A program made the position numbers and the translations under genes. Positions 14,605-25,005 of a stretch of 64,000 nucleotides of DNA are shown here, one piece after another. This DNA is from Clostridia bacterium (GTDB taxonomy: Bacteria > Bacillota > Clostridia > JAAYHZ01). The DNA is taken from contig JBMNIH010000001.1 of assembly GCA_050950825.1 (NCBI GenBank), positions 55,073 to 119,072 on the forward strand, given 5' to 3'. The notes beneath the pieces are model-generated. The model made no database searches. It saw only the letters and a program-made list of their open reading frames with translations, and was not told the DNA's origin. Position 1 is the stretch's first letter; each line of letters opens with the position of its first letter.

Positions 14605-15707
14605 TTATTTTTCCTTAGCCAATACGGGATACAAGATCTTTGCCATATTATAAAATCCCAAATCCGTAGGATGGGAACCGTCCACCGTCGTTTCCTCGAA
14701 GTCTTCTCCTAAAACCCGGCTGCCGTCAATAAAGTACATTTGGTCGTATCCTTCCTTTTTCAGCATCTCAATGGTTTCCACGATGAAATCTCCTATGACG
14801 TCTTTCGGGTCTTGGGGCATATTCAAGTCATCCATAAAATAGTAGAAAGATTTCCGTAAAGCCGATATCACGTATATAGGAACATGGGGCCTTTTATTCT
14901 TTAAAATTCTCATAAAACCCGGCAAGGTATCTTTATACATTTCCACGGTGCAATTGGCGACATAGTCCAGTATATAACAAGAGGCGTCGATTTCCGCCAT
15001 GCATTCGGCTACGATGGCATCTCCTTGGCCGTTTCCGGAAAAGCCCAGATTAATGCATTCCTCTTTCATCATGCGGCTTAAGATATTGGTATAGGCCATA
15101 CCGGGTCTTGAAGCACATCCCCCTTGGGTAATGGAGGTGCCGTAAAAGACGTTCTTTTTGCCCGGTTTTAAAAATCGGATTTTCCAATGGCCGCACCCTC
15201 GTCGATTCCCACAAGAACATGTTGTACACCCATGTACAAAGGGAAATTCAGTACAACGGTTCGCATTTTCTTTTTCGGAAAACTAAACATCTCCGATGCA
15301 TACGAATCCTTGGAGTGGTCGAATCGAGTGGTCTTGTAATATCTTACCTCGTTTTGATCTCCGATATATACGTCAAAACCGCATTGCCCTGTTGCCGGCA
15401 TGTGGTACATATTGGCCCTTGAAGGCATCTTGACGGCAATATAAAGGCGATTCGAATCGGTGGTAAAGTGAAGCTGTCCCCCGGCCGTGTTGTTTGCCAA
15501 CGCATCGACGGGAGGTCGTAACATGTCCTTCACCCTCAACGGCAATCTTCGATAAATCCTGTCTTCCTCAATCCACGGAAACCCTGCAATGAGTATGTCT
15601 TCCGAGTCCGGCGGGTTGATCCAACGAATGCCTTCAACGGAAGAAAAATCAAAGGCGATTTCGGCTTTAATTTCATCCGCTTTTAATATGTTCATTTGAT
15701 TGCTCAT
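14605..15707 (-). pseudogene. SGNH/GDSL esterase split by a 1-nt frameshift near 15170
   Basis: N-terminal ORF 15168-15707 (GFDVY domain) stops at GAT TTT TAA; the -1 frame continues KPGKKNVFYGTSITQGGCASRPGMAY...NLGFSGNG...DGSHPTDLG. Confidence 0.8.
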
Positions 15708-15776
15708 ATTAGTACCCCCCTCATATGATTAAGTCTTATTATACCATATTCCAAACAATTTCGTTTTCCTTTTCGA

Positions 15777-17915
15777 TTATTCGTTATACTTTAACGCCGA
15801 TAAATATCCGGGTATTTCCCCTTCAATGGTTCTTTTCACTTGACGAATTTTCCAAGATAAATGGTCCGGATCCGTCATGTATTCCATACTCGGCTCCCAT
15901 CCTAATCGAGAGTCCGCTTCCGACAAAGGAATGGTGTTTCTTGCATTCTCGATCTCATCGTATCCGATTTTTATCAAAGCTTGGCCGTACTCTTTGATTT
16001 TTTGGGGATCCGTCTCCACGAACAACTTCATTTTAAGCAAAGCCCATTCCTTTACATGGATTGTGGTGGTACAGCAGTTCGCGATAAACTTGCCGAGATT
16101 GATCATGTAAAAAGCGTCCTTTTTCTTGTTTTCCGGCAATGTCGGATAGATTTCTTCCAAAATGGCAACGCCCTCTTGGAAGTAGGACCTCATCTTTTTT
16201 ATGCGATTCATTTCTACCGGCAATCGGAATTGGAACAAAGAGCTTCTTGTATTGTCATGAGAGCCGTAATGCGGGTTGCATATTTTGTTTCCTCCGAACA
16301 TGGCATAAGGTATGGACGGTATGGTAACACCGGATCGGAACACCAACGGATAGGACGGTCCGATACGGAAAGGACCGTATTGGTCTTCGTTGGTCGAGAT
16401 GTAGCATCGAATGCCTTCGCTCCACAACCGCCATGCTTTCGTTACCTTTTCCACGTTTTGTTTTCCGAAATCTCTTTCCGCAATCAGCTCCAAAACCTTA
16501 TCTTCCGCGGGTGATTCCGTCCAATAGGACCATTTGGCCGCTTCGGAAATAAAAGAAGGCCAAAAGCCGTAATGATGAGATTCCATCAAGCCCGAAAGTC
16601 CCCAATTGATACGCGCCTCATGCAATTTTTCATGACGACGCATCCACTGATAAGGACAAGGCTCGTATGGGATGACACCGATATCCCAAGTCAGTCCTCC
16701 GGTGTTGCACATGGTATAAAGGCGTATTCCCCGTTCCTTTGCAATCTTCGCTTCGCTTGCAAAATACTTGCCCGGTCCTTCGAAGGATAAGGTATAGTCC
16801 ACACAGGTACTCATGACACCGTCCGTGGGAATCTTTTCGAACATCTCGAAGGTAACCAATAGGGAGACATCGTTCGGGATATTTTTTAAAAGCTCGATAC
16901 GGTGCTCTTCGTCCACATAACCCCAGTTATATGTCCAAAATACGATATCCGCATCTTCTTTGTGTTTTCGGATGGTTTTTTTGATCAAGTTCAACCATTG
17001 GGGATAATCGCTGCAAGGCCACCATCCGGGACTGGGTTTTCCCGTAGGCAAGCCGTCTTCGGTATTTTCGTAGTAAAACTTCCCGGAGGTGCGGGGGTCT
17101 TTACTGGGAAATTCCACCGACTCTCCCACCATGACAATGCCTTTTAAGCCCGGGCACTTTTGAAACAGCTTCCCGTATGTATTCCCGTAATAGCTTTCCG
17201 CATCCGGATCATCCGGATGCTTTAAGCTTTTCATATAGCTGTAGGCATACACGTCAATTCCATACCCTTCGGCACGGTAGATCAATTCGTTGAAGTCCAC
17301 GTATCCGTGAGGAGTAATATCCACATCCTTGGTAAATACCAAAATGGCATCGATGCCTTGATGGGCAATGGCATTCAAATGAGCATCCGGAAACATATCC
17401 AAGCCGTACCCGGAATGGACCATTCGAGGAGAGAACAGGGGTTTCCTTGCCATATCCTGTTTGGCAACCACGGGAGCGCATTTTAAATTCATCAAATCTT
17501 CCAAATAGTAAGCCCCCTGAGCCGCACCTTTGCAATCAAATCCGCAAATGAGGATGCCCTCATCCGTACATAAAAATCGGTAGCTGCGCTGTGTGTCCAA
17601 GTCTTTTCCGTATTCGGGGGATAATCTTTTATTGGTAAGAATAATCTTTCGAGATAAGGAAGCGATTTCCGTGGCAATGTTATCCGTGATTCTCAGCTTT
17701 AAAAATACTTTCATCGATACGGCAAAGTAGTCCTGAAGGTCATTTGCGGCGATTTTCAATACTCGGGCGGTATCCTCCGGAAGCACGATTTCCCAGGTTT
17801 CGTCCACTTGGATTTCGTTCTCGGACGGAAGTACGTGAAAATCTCTTCGGCCGGGCTTATGAACCTCCAGCATTCTTTTACGAAAATCGTAATTTCTTTC
17901 TTTTACAACGTCCAT
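15777..17915 (-). CDS. Putative glycoside hydrolase with GH20/GH67-like N-terminal domain
   Basis: 712 aa; N-terminal SYRF..ILICGFDCKGAAQGAYYLEDLM then P.FSPRMVH, typical of GH20-N domains; catalytic family not recognised. Confidence 0.55.
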   Translation of the reverse strand: MDVVKERNYDFRKRMLEVHKPGRRDFHVLPSENEIQVDETWEIVLPEDTARVLKIAANDLQDYFAVSMKVFLKLRITDNIATEIASLSRKIILTNKRLSPEYGKDLDTQRSYRFLCTDEGILICGFDCKGAAQGAYYLEDLMNLKCAPVVAKQDMARKPLFSPRMVHSGYGLDMFPDAHLNAIAHQGIDAILVFTKDVDITPHGYVDFNELIYRAEGYGIDVYAYSYMKSLKHPDDPDAESYYGNTYGKLFQKCPGLKGIVMVGESVEFPSKDPRTSGKFYYENTEDGLPTGKPSPGWWPCSDYPQWLNLIKKTIRKHKEDADIVFWTYNWGYVDEEHRIELLKNIPNDVSLLVTFEMFEKIPTDGVMSTCVDYTLSFEGPGKYFASEAKIAKERGIRLYTMCNTGGLTWDIGVIPYEPCPYQWMRRHEKLHEARINWGLSGLMESHHYGFWPSFISEAAKWSYWTESPAEDKVLELIAERDFGKQNVEKVTKAWRLWSEGIRCYISTNEDQYGPFRIGPSYPLVFRSGVTIPSIPYAMFGGNKICNPHYGSHDNTRSSLFQFRLPVEMNRIKKMRSYFQEGVAILEEIYPTLPENKKKDAFYMINLGKFIANCCTTTIHVKEWALLKMKLFVETDPQKIKEYGQALIKIGYDEIENARNTIPLSEADSRLGWEPSMEYMTDPDHLSWKIRQVKRTIEGEIPGYLSALKYNE

Positions 17916-17939
17916 GTTTCCTCCTTATCCTCGACCCCT

Positions 17940-18674
17940 TTATTTAATCTTCTTTTTCAAGTCTTCCAAGCAAAGCTTCACCATTTTTTCTCCCATTTCA
18001 ACGGAGGATTCCGTTGCATCTTGGATGAACCACTCGTCGCTGTCTTTAATACGATCTTTGATCACCGTTTCCGGGTACAAGGCGGCCAAAATGCTGCATT
18101 CGTATTTTCCGGCATGGTCATAACCGGTTTGGTTTTGCACCTCTTTGCTCATACAAGGAAGTACCGTAATCCAATTCCAAGGATTGTCGCCTTGGTCCAG
18201 CTTCTCGTAAAACTCCTTGTTCTTGTTATCTCCCCACCAGCCTTTGCCTCTTGTGTCCTCGAGAAATTCAAAGGTCAAGGTTTTTGCCGCTTTCATACAA
18301 GACAACGTCATGGGCAGAAGGTTTTCCTGTTCGTACTGGTGATGTATTAACATATAAATGTTTCGCCATCCGCCGTACAAAAGGGATTTTAATATCATTT
18401 TGATGTATTCTTCAAAAACGGAAGCTTCCACATGAACGGTACCTTTTTCGGGACCCGCCACCGCATAGCTTGAGGGGCTGTACCATACGGGCGGAGCAAC
18501 GATTATATCCATTTCTTTTTCCAAACGTTCCAATAACCCCAACGCCACTAAAGTATCGCAGCCGAAGGAACAGTGGGGCCCGTGGTATTCGATGGTACCT
18601 ACGGGTATGACTAAAGGCGTGCGATTTCTCTTCGCTTCTTCGATTTCTTTCGGAAATATGTATTCGAGTTTCAT
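17940..18674 (-). CDS. Creatininase family amidohydrolase
   Basis: PVGTIEYHGPH..GCDT and DHAGKYECS motifs. Confidence 0.88.
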   Translation of the reverse strand: MKLEYIFPKEIEEAKRNRTPLVIPVGTIEYHGPHCSFGCDTLVALGLLERLEKEMDIIVAPPVWYSPSSYAVAGPEKGTVHVEASVFEEYIKMILKSLLYGGWRNIYMLIHHQYEQENLLPMTLSCMKAAKTLTFEFLEDTRGKGWWGDNKNKEFYEKLDQGDNPWNWITVLPCMSKEVQNQTGYDHAGKYECSILAALYPETVIKDRIKDSDEWFIQDATESSVEMGEKMVKLCLEDLKKKIK

Positions 18675-18758
18675 AAGCCGGTTCTCCTTTATTCTCCGTA
18701 AAATACGAAGAAAAGCCCGTACCGTTACAAAGTCGAGCTTTTCTTCTGTCGTCGCTTT

Positions 18759-19928
18759 TTAAAAATCCAATTCAATAATATCTCCGATGGGACTGCAGAG
18801 GCTTTCGCATCCGTCTTTGGTGACAACGACACCTTTTTCCCATCTTAAACCGAAGGTGCTGCCGGACACAAAGGAATCCACTTGGAATGTCATATTCGGC
18901 TGCAGTTCATACACAGACGTGGTTTCCATCCAAGGAGCTTCCACTTCGATCATGCCGGTTCCATGGCAAGGTCCGTATACGTAATTGTCCTTTTTCCCAT
19001 TTGAAACGAACAATTCGTAATACCCTTTGGCAATATCGCATGCTTTCACACCGGCTTTGATTTGCGCGGTAGTCCAATTATGGACTTCCAAACCGAACTC
19101 CACCAATTCCCGTTTTTCCGGCGTGAGTTTTCCAACGCAAACCGGTATGCCAATGCTGGGAGAATATCCGTCTACTTTCGCGGAAAGGTTCAGTTGAACC
19201 AAATCGCCTTTTTCGATGACTCGGTAAGAGGAACGAGAGATGGCGTGGCGGGTGGATTTTTCCGAGAATACATACATGGGCAGTCCTTCGTATTCCGCAC
19301 CGTTTTCATATATCACTCTCTGGGCGATACCTACCATCTGCAGCTCGGTTACACCGGGTCTTAAGTTTTTAATCACCTCTTCGATGGCAAGCTCGGTTAT
19401 ACGAAATCCTTCCCGCATACATTTAAGCTCGTTCTCGGATTTGATTCCTCTTAAAGCCAGCATAATATCGTCGGCTTTTACGATTTCCGCATCGGGATAA
19501 TTTTCTTTTAAGCTTTCCATCATTACCGCATTGGTATCCAAAAAGCTTCCGATTCCAATACGAATCTTTTCTCCTTTTACACCCAGATCCTTAAAAATGT
19601 CCTTGTAGTTCAAGGTTTTCATTTCCGGGTACGAAGGATCCGCCGATTCTCTGTAAGCAAGAGACGTATAAATTTTATCAATTCTGCTTACATCCGCCGC
19701 AAAAATCACGCTTTCCGGTCCTACAATCAGTCCTGCATTCCCTTCAGGCGTAATGGCTACGCCCGCTCTTTCGAATAAAGGCCAAAAACCGCTGAAATAG
19801 CGGGCATTGGCATAATCCGCTTCATTGGAATTCACCAAAAATACATCCAAACCTTTTTCTTGGGCAAGCTTTGCCGCTCTTTGAATCCTTTCTTTGTATT
19901 CCCAATCCGGAATCATCACCCTGCTCAT
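18759..19928 (-). CDS. M24 (creatinase/prolidase) family protein
   Basis: Creatinase_N-like N-terminus, RGIKSENEL, CHGTG, LRWE; first two Asp metal ligands appear replaced. Confidence 0.85.
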   Translation of the reverse strand: MSRVMIPDWEYKERIQRAAKLAQEKGLDVFLVNSNEADYANARYFSGFWPLFERAGVAITPEGNAGLIVGPESVIFAADVSRIDKIYTSLAYRESADPSYPEMKTLNYKDIFKDLGVKGEKIRIGIGSFLDTNAVMMESLKENYPDAEIVKADDIMLALRGIKSENELKCMREGFRITELAIEEVIKNLRPGVTELQMVGIAQRVIYENGAEYEGLPMYVFSEKSTRHAISRSSYRVIEKGDLVQLNLSAKVDGYSPSIGIPVCVGKLTPEKRELVEFGLEVHNWTTAQIKAGVKACDIAKGYYELFVSNGKKDNYVYGPCHGTGMIEVEAPWMETTSVYELQPNMTFQVDSFVSGSTFGLRWEKGVVVTKDGCESLCSPIGDIIELDF

Positions 19929-20038
19929 AGATCATACCTCACTTTCCATTTTGATCGATTAAGCATATTTTAACGCAGAACGTAATATGTTCCGTCCGTT
20001 TATCCTTAACCTTGGGCTTTTTGACATGTAAAAAACGA

Positions 20039-20464
20039 TTATTCGGTTTCTTGCTTTTCCTTAAACTCCTTTGCTTTAACCCTTGCTTGCAACGTACGAA
20101 GAGTCATTAACGTTTCTTCTCCGGTGTTGTCGTCTATAAATCGTAAAGGAAATTTGTTGTTAATATATTCTTGGTCTAAAAGCGTATACCCGTTTGCTTT
20201 CGCAAATTCTCGAACTTCTTTTAAAGTCCATTTCGGTTTTCTTTTCGCTCCGGTTTTATTCCTCAAATAGCAACTCGGGCATCCGGAACCCCTTTCCAAA
20301 TTCTGAGGTAGGGCTTCAAAATCATTTCCGCATACCTTACAGTGAATCAATACTTTTTTATTCCAATTGGTAACATCCCCTTTTCTTTCCAAAGGGCGGC
20401 CTTCCAAGACTTTATCCAATCTCTCGTTTGTCCACGGTTCGTATCTTCTTGGCCTTTTCAACAT
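20039..20464 (-). CDS. Small basic zinc-ribbon protein
   Basis: CKVC-x16-CPSC zinc knuckles, Lys/Arg-rich, GGAGG RBS. Confidence 0.65.
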   Translation of the reverse strand: MLKRPRRYEPWTNERLDKVLEGRPLERKGDVTNWNKKVLIHCKVCGNDFEALPQNLERGSGCPSCYLRNKTGAKRKPKWTLKEVREFAKANGYTLLDQEYINNKFPLRFIDDNTGEETLMTLRTLQARVKAKEFKEKQETE

Positions 20465-20529
20465 ACGAACTCACCTCCATGAAATAGTATCACCTTATTT
20501 CATGTTTTTAGTCAAAAAGCGAAAGAAGA

Positions 20530-23265
20530 TTACCGTAATTTCTCGTAGTATTCCATCCTCCACTCGGTCCCGCCTGAGAAAAGGAATCCGTCTCCCGCAT
20601 CGTTCAATGTTCGAATAAAGGTTCCTTTTTCGTCCTCCGCAACATCAATAACAGGATACCCGGTCTTTTTAGTCCCGTCGGTAATGTATACGGTGTTTCC
20701 GATCCAAGAACGCGCATAATCCGAAGGGATACGAGTATAAAAGCCGAATGTATTGTAATCCGTAATTACTCCCGTATCTCGGCCTAATTTCCCTTCTACG
20801 ATATATTCTCCCGTAACAAGCCTTTTTCCTCCGTAAATAGATTCAAAACTCAGTTTCCCATCCTTTAAGGTCATATAGGCCATAACGCCGTCAAAGGAAA
20901 CAGACCCGAGATCCGTTTCGAAAGGTTCGTCCGAAGGTTCAAATTGATAAAGAATCATGTCCTTCGAGCCGTCCTCCAATTCGACGGTTATAAAAAGCCG
21001 CTTATTCGACGGGTCCGTCTTGTACGTAAATCCTTTTACTACGGGTTGTTCTTTCCTTGCTCCCATTACCGTTACAAAGGTATGGGCCGAATTTTTATCG
21101 TATCTTCTTAATAAGTAAGGGATTTTCGCACCCAAATCCGTTTTCCCTCTTTGTCCGAAGCCCGTTGCGATGACGGCTTTTTCTTCGGCGAAAAGAAGGT
21201 CCGGCAAGAAAATATCGAAACGGTCCTTCTCGTCATTGAACCACGTAATGACGGCGCGGTCGGATTCCGGGATCATCTCCTCGGGATCCTCCAAATCGTA
21301 CGGAAGACCTGCTTTCCTTTTTTCTTTTTTCAGTCCTTTTATTTCGTAATTAAAATGAATTCCGTGAATCAAATAGTCCTTTGTCGTTCCTCCGTCTACC
21401 CGGAAAAGATCGAGAATATAGTGTCGATCATCGTCATGTTCCACAACCAAGCAAGCTCTTCGGTAGGATGTGACTTGCGGATACACATCGGAAGACAAAT
21501 CCACAAGCTTTATGCCGTCTTTTACGACAAAGTGGTGCAGAAAACCGTTTCGGCCTTTTGATTTTTGCTCTTCTTCATCCACAATCACCAGTTGGTGAGC
21601 AGCGGTGCGCACGGTCATAAACTTATGAGGCTGATCCCATAAATAGCCTAAATCCGATAACCATTCGGTGTTGTCGTAATAATAGAATAAATTCAAGCTG
21701 TCATAATGATGGTGGATCCCCCATTCGCTTGCGTTTAAAACGAGGGTTCCTTTTTCATTGTTTTTACCGATACGAAGATATCCTTGTCGAAGGTCCGGGA
21801 AAAATAGGTCCCGGAAAACCAACGAGGGATTCAAAGGTTCTTTATTGTCAAAAGGCAGACATTGAATGCCGGTCTTCTTTACATGTTCCTTCTTTTTTTC
21901 ATTTTCCTTCACTTTAAGATAAAGCGCCCAATACTCCGGACGTCGGAACCGGTAGGCCAATATTCGACTGTAGGTAAGATTCAAGGAAGTATCCGGATAA
22001 GAATCGGCGCTCGCCGGATACAAAAGGTTTTGCAATAATGTGTCATACATTCCCTTCCATATGGCATGATATTTGGGACGGTCATAGACGGATATCGGCT
22101 TTTTCAATATCGGAAGATCTTTGCAGCCCTCCAGCATTTCGGATAAAATCCATAAAGTATGCATCACCATCAGGCTGTATGCAGGCGATTCCGATGTGCT
22201 TCCGTCCTTCAAATACCAGTTATCTATAATTCGATTGAAGCATTCAACCCCCATATCGACAAAATCGTCGACCCCTGTCACCAAGCCGGCAGAAAGAATT
22301 CCGATCTTATTCCCGGTATTTTTGTTGTTTAAGCTGTCATCGTTGTATGTCAAGGTTGCGGATTCGATTAACAGGTTAAGCTCGATATGCTCCTTTTCTT
22401 CCTCCGTCAATACCGGAATTCCGTTGTGCAGCACGATGTCGGCAACAAGGTCGTAAGCCAAGGCTGCCGGGAGCGTGATTGCGGACCCTTCCATTCCTGT
22501 TATCGACCCGCGGCCTAGACCCCAATATCCCACATGGATTTCCTTTTTAGGCATGTTAGGAGCCATACAGGTTCTTTCCTTCGGCAGATTTTTCGGGTTT
22601 TCCGCCGCGATTTTCGGATCCATATCCGCAATATCGCCGTACATGCCGTGAACAAGCCAGTAAGGATACACATCGGCAAAGCGAAGCAAAATATCCGCCG
22701 CTTTCAATGCATACCGAATATCGTCGGTAAGGTAGTACAGCAACGCCAGGCCATATGCCCCTCTTATCATATATTCGGATTTTCTCGCCCGAATCATCCC
22801 GGTAAAGCTCGGATAAAGATGATATCCGTTGTATTCCATAGACTTTCCGGTATAGAAGGAAAAGTTTTGGGGTTTTCCCCAATAGGTCTGAAGCACACTG
22901 TCCTCTTTGTACCGATCGTTCGGAAAAACGGTACCCGTAACCTCGTCGGTGATGACATCCGGATTCTTCGGATCCCATATCCACATGCCGTGAGGTACTC
23001 CGACATCATGCTCCGGAGGCAAATTAAAAAGACAAGGTCCGGGAGTCGTATCCGGGATCATATTGCAAAGAGCATCCCGATTCATGTCAAGCAAATGCCC
23101 GTATTCTTCTTCCAAGTCGGCTCGAAGACTTAACAATTCCTCATCTTTTCGGAGGATTTGTTTGCGAACACGTTCCAAATCGTCCTTCTTATGCAAAGCA
23201 CAAGGTCTTTTTATCGAACGTCTGTTCTTTTTCCACTTATCAACGATGGCGTTATAGTCAATCAT
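20530..23265 (-). CDS. Heparinase II/III-like polysaccharide lyase-fold protein
   Basis: 911 aa; DGSTSESPAY, HHHYDSLNL, LSDLGY, TAAHQLVIVDEEEQ motifs. Confidence 0.8.
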   Translation of the reverse strand: MIDYNAIVDKWKKNRRSIKRPCALHKKDDLERVRKQILRKDEELLSLRADLEEEYGHLLDMNRDALCNMIPDTTPGPCLFNLPPEHDVGVPHGMWIWDPKNPDVITDEVTGTVFPNDRYKEDSVLQTYWGKPQNFSFYTGKSMEYNGYHLYPSFTGMIRARKSEYMIRGAYGLALLYYLTDDIRYALKAADILLRFADVYPYWLVHGMYGDIADMDPKIAAENPKNLPKERTCMAPNMPKKEIHVGYWGLGRGSITGMEGSAITLPAALAYDLVADIVLHNGIPVLTEEEKEHIELNLLIESATLTYNDDSLNNKNTGNKIGILSAGLVTGVDDFVDMGVECFNRIIDNWYLKDGSTSESPAYSLMVMHTLWILSEMLEGCKDLPILKKPISVYDRPKYHAIWKGMYDTLLQNLLYPASADSYPDTSLNLTYSRILAYRFRRPEYWALYLKVKENEKKKEHVKKTGIQCLPFDNKEPLNPSLVFRDLFFPDLRQGYLRIGKNNEKGTLVLNASEWGIHHHYDSLNLFYYYDNTEWLSDLGYLWDQPHKFMTVRTAAHQLVIVDEEEQKSKGRNGFLHHFVVKDGIKLVDLSSDVYPQVTSYRRACLVVEHDDDRHYILDLFRVDGGTTKDYLIHGIHFNYEIKGLKKEKRKAGLPYDLEDPEEMIPESDRAVITWFNDEKDRFDIFLPDLLFAEEKAVIATGFGQRGKTDLGAKIPYLLRRYDKNSAHTFVTVMGARKEQPVVKGFTYKTDPSNKRLFITVELEDGSKDMILYQFEPSDEPFETDLGSVSFDGVMAYMTLKDGKLSFESIYGGKRLVTGEYIVEGKLGRDTGVITDYNTFGFYTRIPSDYARSWIGNTVYITDGTKKTGYPVIDVAEDEKGTFIRTLNDAGDGFLFSGGTEWRMEYYEKLR

Positions 23266-23286
23266 TCTTCGTTCTCCTTCGAAGAG

Positions 23287-23946
23287 CTATTCCAAAATAA
23301 AATCACCGAAGCATTCCGGACGATGGAAATCCGGTTTTTCGCTTGTTACCCTGTTCCAGCAACCGTAGTGGGGATACTCGGTGTCGTCACCGCATTTATA
23401 TACGTTCCCCTTGATTATTTTCCCGGATCGAATCTCCGTCTTCCCGTAGTATTTTTCCAAAAAGGAAAAGGGTATCTCGTATTGCAATGTCCAGTATTCT
23501 CCGTTGTATTGATTGATCCGGTCTTTTTTTACGGATGTTTTGATATTGAAAATATCGGGAGAAAGCCCTTCGATTTTAAATCGAGAATGTCGATCCTTAC
23601 CGAATCCTAGCAAAAAGGTTCCGATCGGATTCATCTCCATGTTCATATACCGATCATCCGATTCCGGATTCAAAATGAAGAAAAACTCCATACAGCTGTC
23701 TCTGCATACCGGATCGTTTATCGATTCGTAAACCGCCCTTATTTTCTTTTCATAGGATTTTAAAAAGACATGAATGGCTTTGTCGCTGTAGCAAATCTTT
23801 GCGATGGTTTCCGGCTTATAACCGTTCTCATCCCAAGGGAAATTTTGAACACGAAGCGTAGGGATTTGCTCCCACACATCATCCGTAAAAGGTTCCATTA
23901 TTTTTTTAATAACGTACGTTTCAGACATGACTCTTCTCCTTTTCAC
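23287..23946 (-). CDS. Carbohydrate-binding family 9-like (DOMON) protein
   Basis: DSCMEFF, YMNMEMNPIG, NVYKCGD, PDFHRPECFG. Confidence 0.85.
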   Translation of the reverse strand: MKRRRVMSETYVIKKIMEPFTDDVWEQIPTLRVQNFPWDENGYKPETIAKICYSDKAIHVFLKSYEKKIRAVYESINDPVCRDSCMEFFFILNPESDDRYMNMEMNPIGTFLLGFGKDRHSRFKIEGLSPDIFNIKTSVKKDRINQYNGEYWTLQYEIPFSFLEKYYGKTEIRSGKIIKGNVYKCGDDTEYPHYGCWNRVTSEKPDFHRPECFGDFILE

Positions 23947-24111
23947 ACCGGTGAAGCTTTTTACCTGCTGTTATTGTCGATTATAGCAAAAAGCCCGCCA
24001 TTATCAAACAACTATTTTTCCATATCTTGTTCTTTCAAGTTTCTTTATTGGATTGATCCTTGCAATCTGTTAGAATGTTGAAAGAGAGTATATTGCAGCG
24101 GGAGGAATATC

Positions 24112-25005
24112 ATGGCGATCGTAGAAATCGGCGGCTTAATCAAAAAGTTCGGAAATTTTACGGCTTTGAACGGGGTTGACCTTTGCGTTAACCAAGGCGA
24201 AATCTACGGATTCATCGGTCCTAACGGTGCCGGAAAAACCACCACCTTACGCATCATGCTGGGAATCTTGAAGGCGACTTCGGGAAGCGTTAAGATTTTC
24301 GGGAAAGATGCGTGGAAGGACGCCGTTGAAATCCACAAAAAGACAGCTTATGTCCCGGGAGAAGTTAATCTATGGCCGAATCTTACCGGCGGCGAAGTCA
24401 TTGATTTTTTTACAAGGCTTCGGGGATCCCCGAACGAAAAGCGAAAGAACGAGTTAATCGAAAGATTTCAATTGGACCCTTCCAAAAAATGCAGAACCTA
24501 TTCCAAAGGAAATCGACAAAAGGTAGCGTTAATAGCGGCTTTTGCATCCGATGCCGAGTTATATGTTCTGGATGAGCCTACATCGGGATTGGATCCGCTC
24601 ATGGAGAATATGTTTCGTCGTTGCGTAAGCCGGGCGAAAGAAGAGGGAAAAAGCGTACTGCTGTCCAGCCATATTTTATCCGAAGTCGAAAAATTGTGCG
24701 ACAAGGTCAGTATTATTCGAAAGGGCAAAATCATGGAATCCGGCCCTTTGGAAGAATTACGACATTTGACAAGTACCCGGATGACGATTGAAACCAAACG
24801 GCCGGTAGAAAATCCGGAATCCGTAAAAGGTATTCACGATATCGAGATTAAAGGTAATACCCTTTCCTTTCTTGTCGATACGGAAGATCTGGACGGCGTG
24901 TTGAAGCAAATCGTACCTTACGGAATTGCCAAGCTTGAAAGTGCACCGCCTACCTTAGAAGACCTTTTCATGCGGCACTACAAAGAGGACGGTGATCCGT
25001 CATGA
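24112..25005 (+). CDS. ABC-2 exporter ATP-binding protein (tetronasin/narasin resistance TnrB/NarA-like)
   Basis: GPNGAGKT, YSKGNRQK, LDEPTSGLD, SSH. Confidence 0.9.
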   Translation: MAIVEIGGLIKKFGNFTALNGVDLCVNQGEIYGFIGPNGAGKTTTLRIMLGILKATSGSVKIFGKDAWKDAVEIHKKTAYVPGEVNLWPNLTGGEVIDFFTRLRGSPNEKRKNELIERFQLDPSKKCRTYSKGNRQKVALIAAFASDAELYVLDEPTSGLDPLMENMFRRCVSRAKEEGKSVLLSSHILSEVEKLCDKVSIIRKGKIMESGPLEELRHLTSTRMTIETKRPVENPESVKGIHDIEIKGNTLSFLVDTEDLDGVLKQIVPYGIAKLESAPPTLEDLFMRHYKEDGDPS

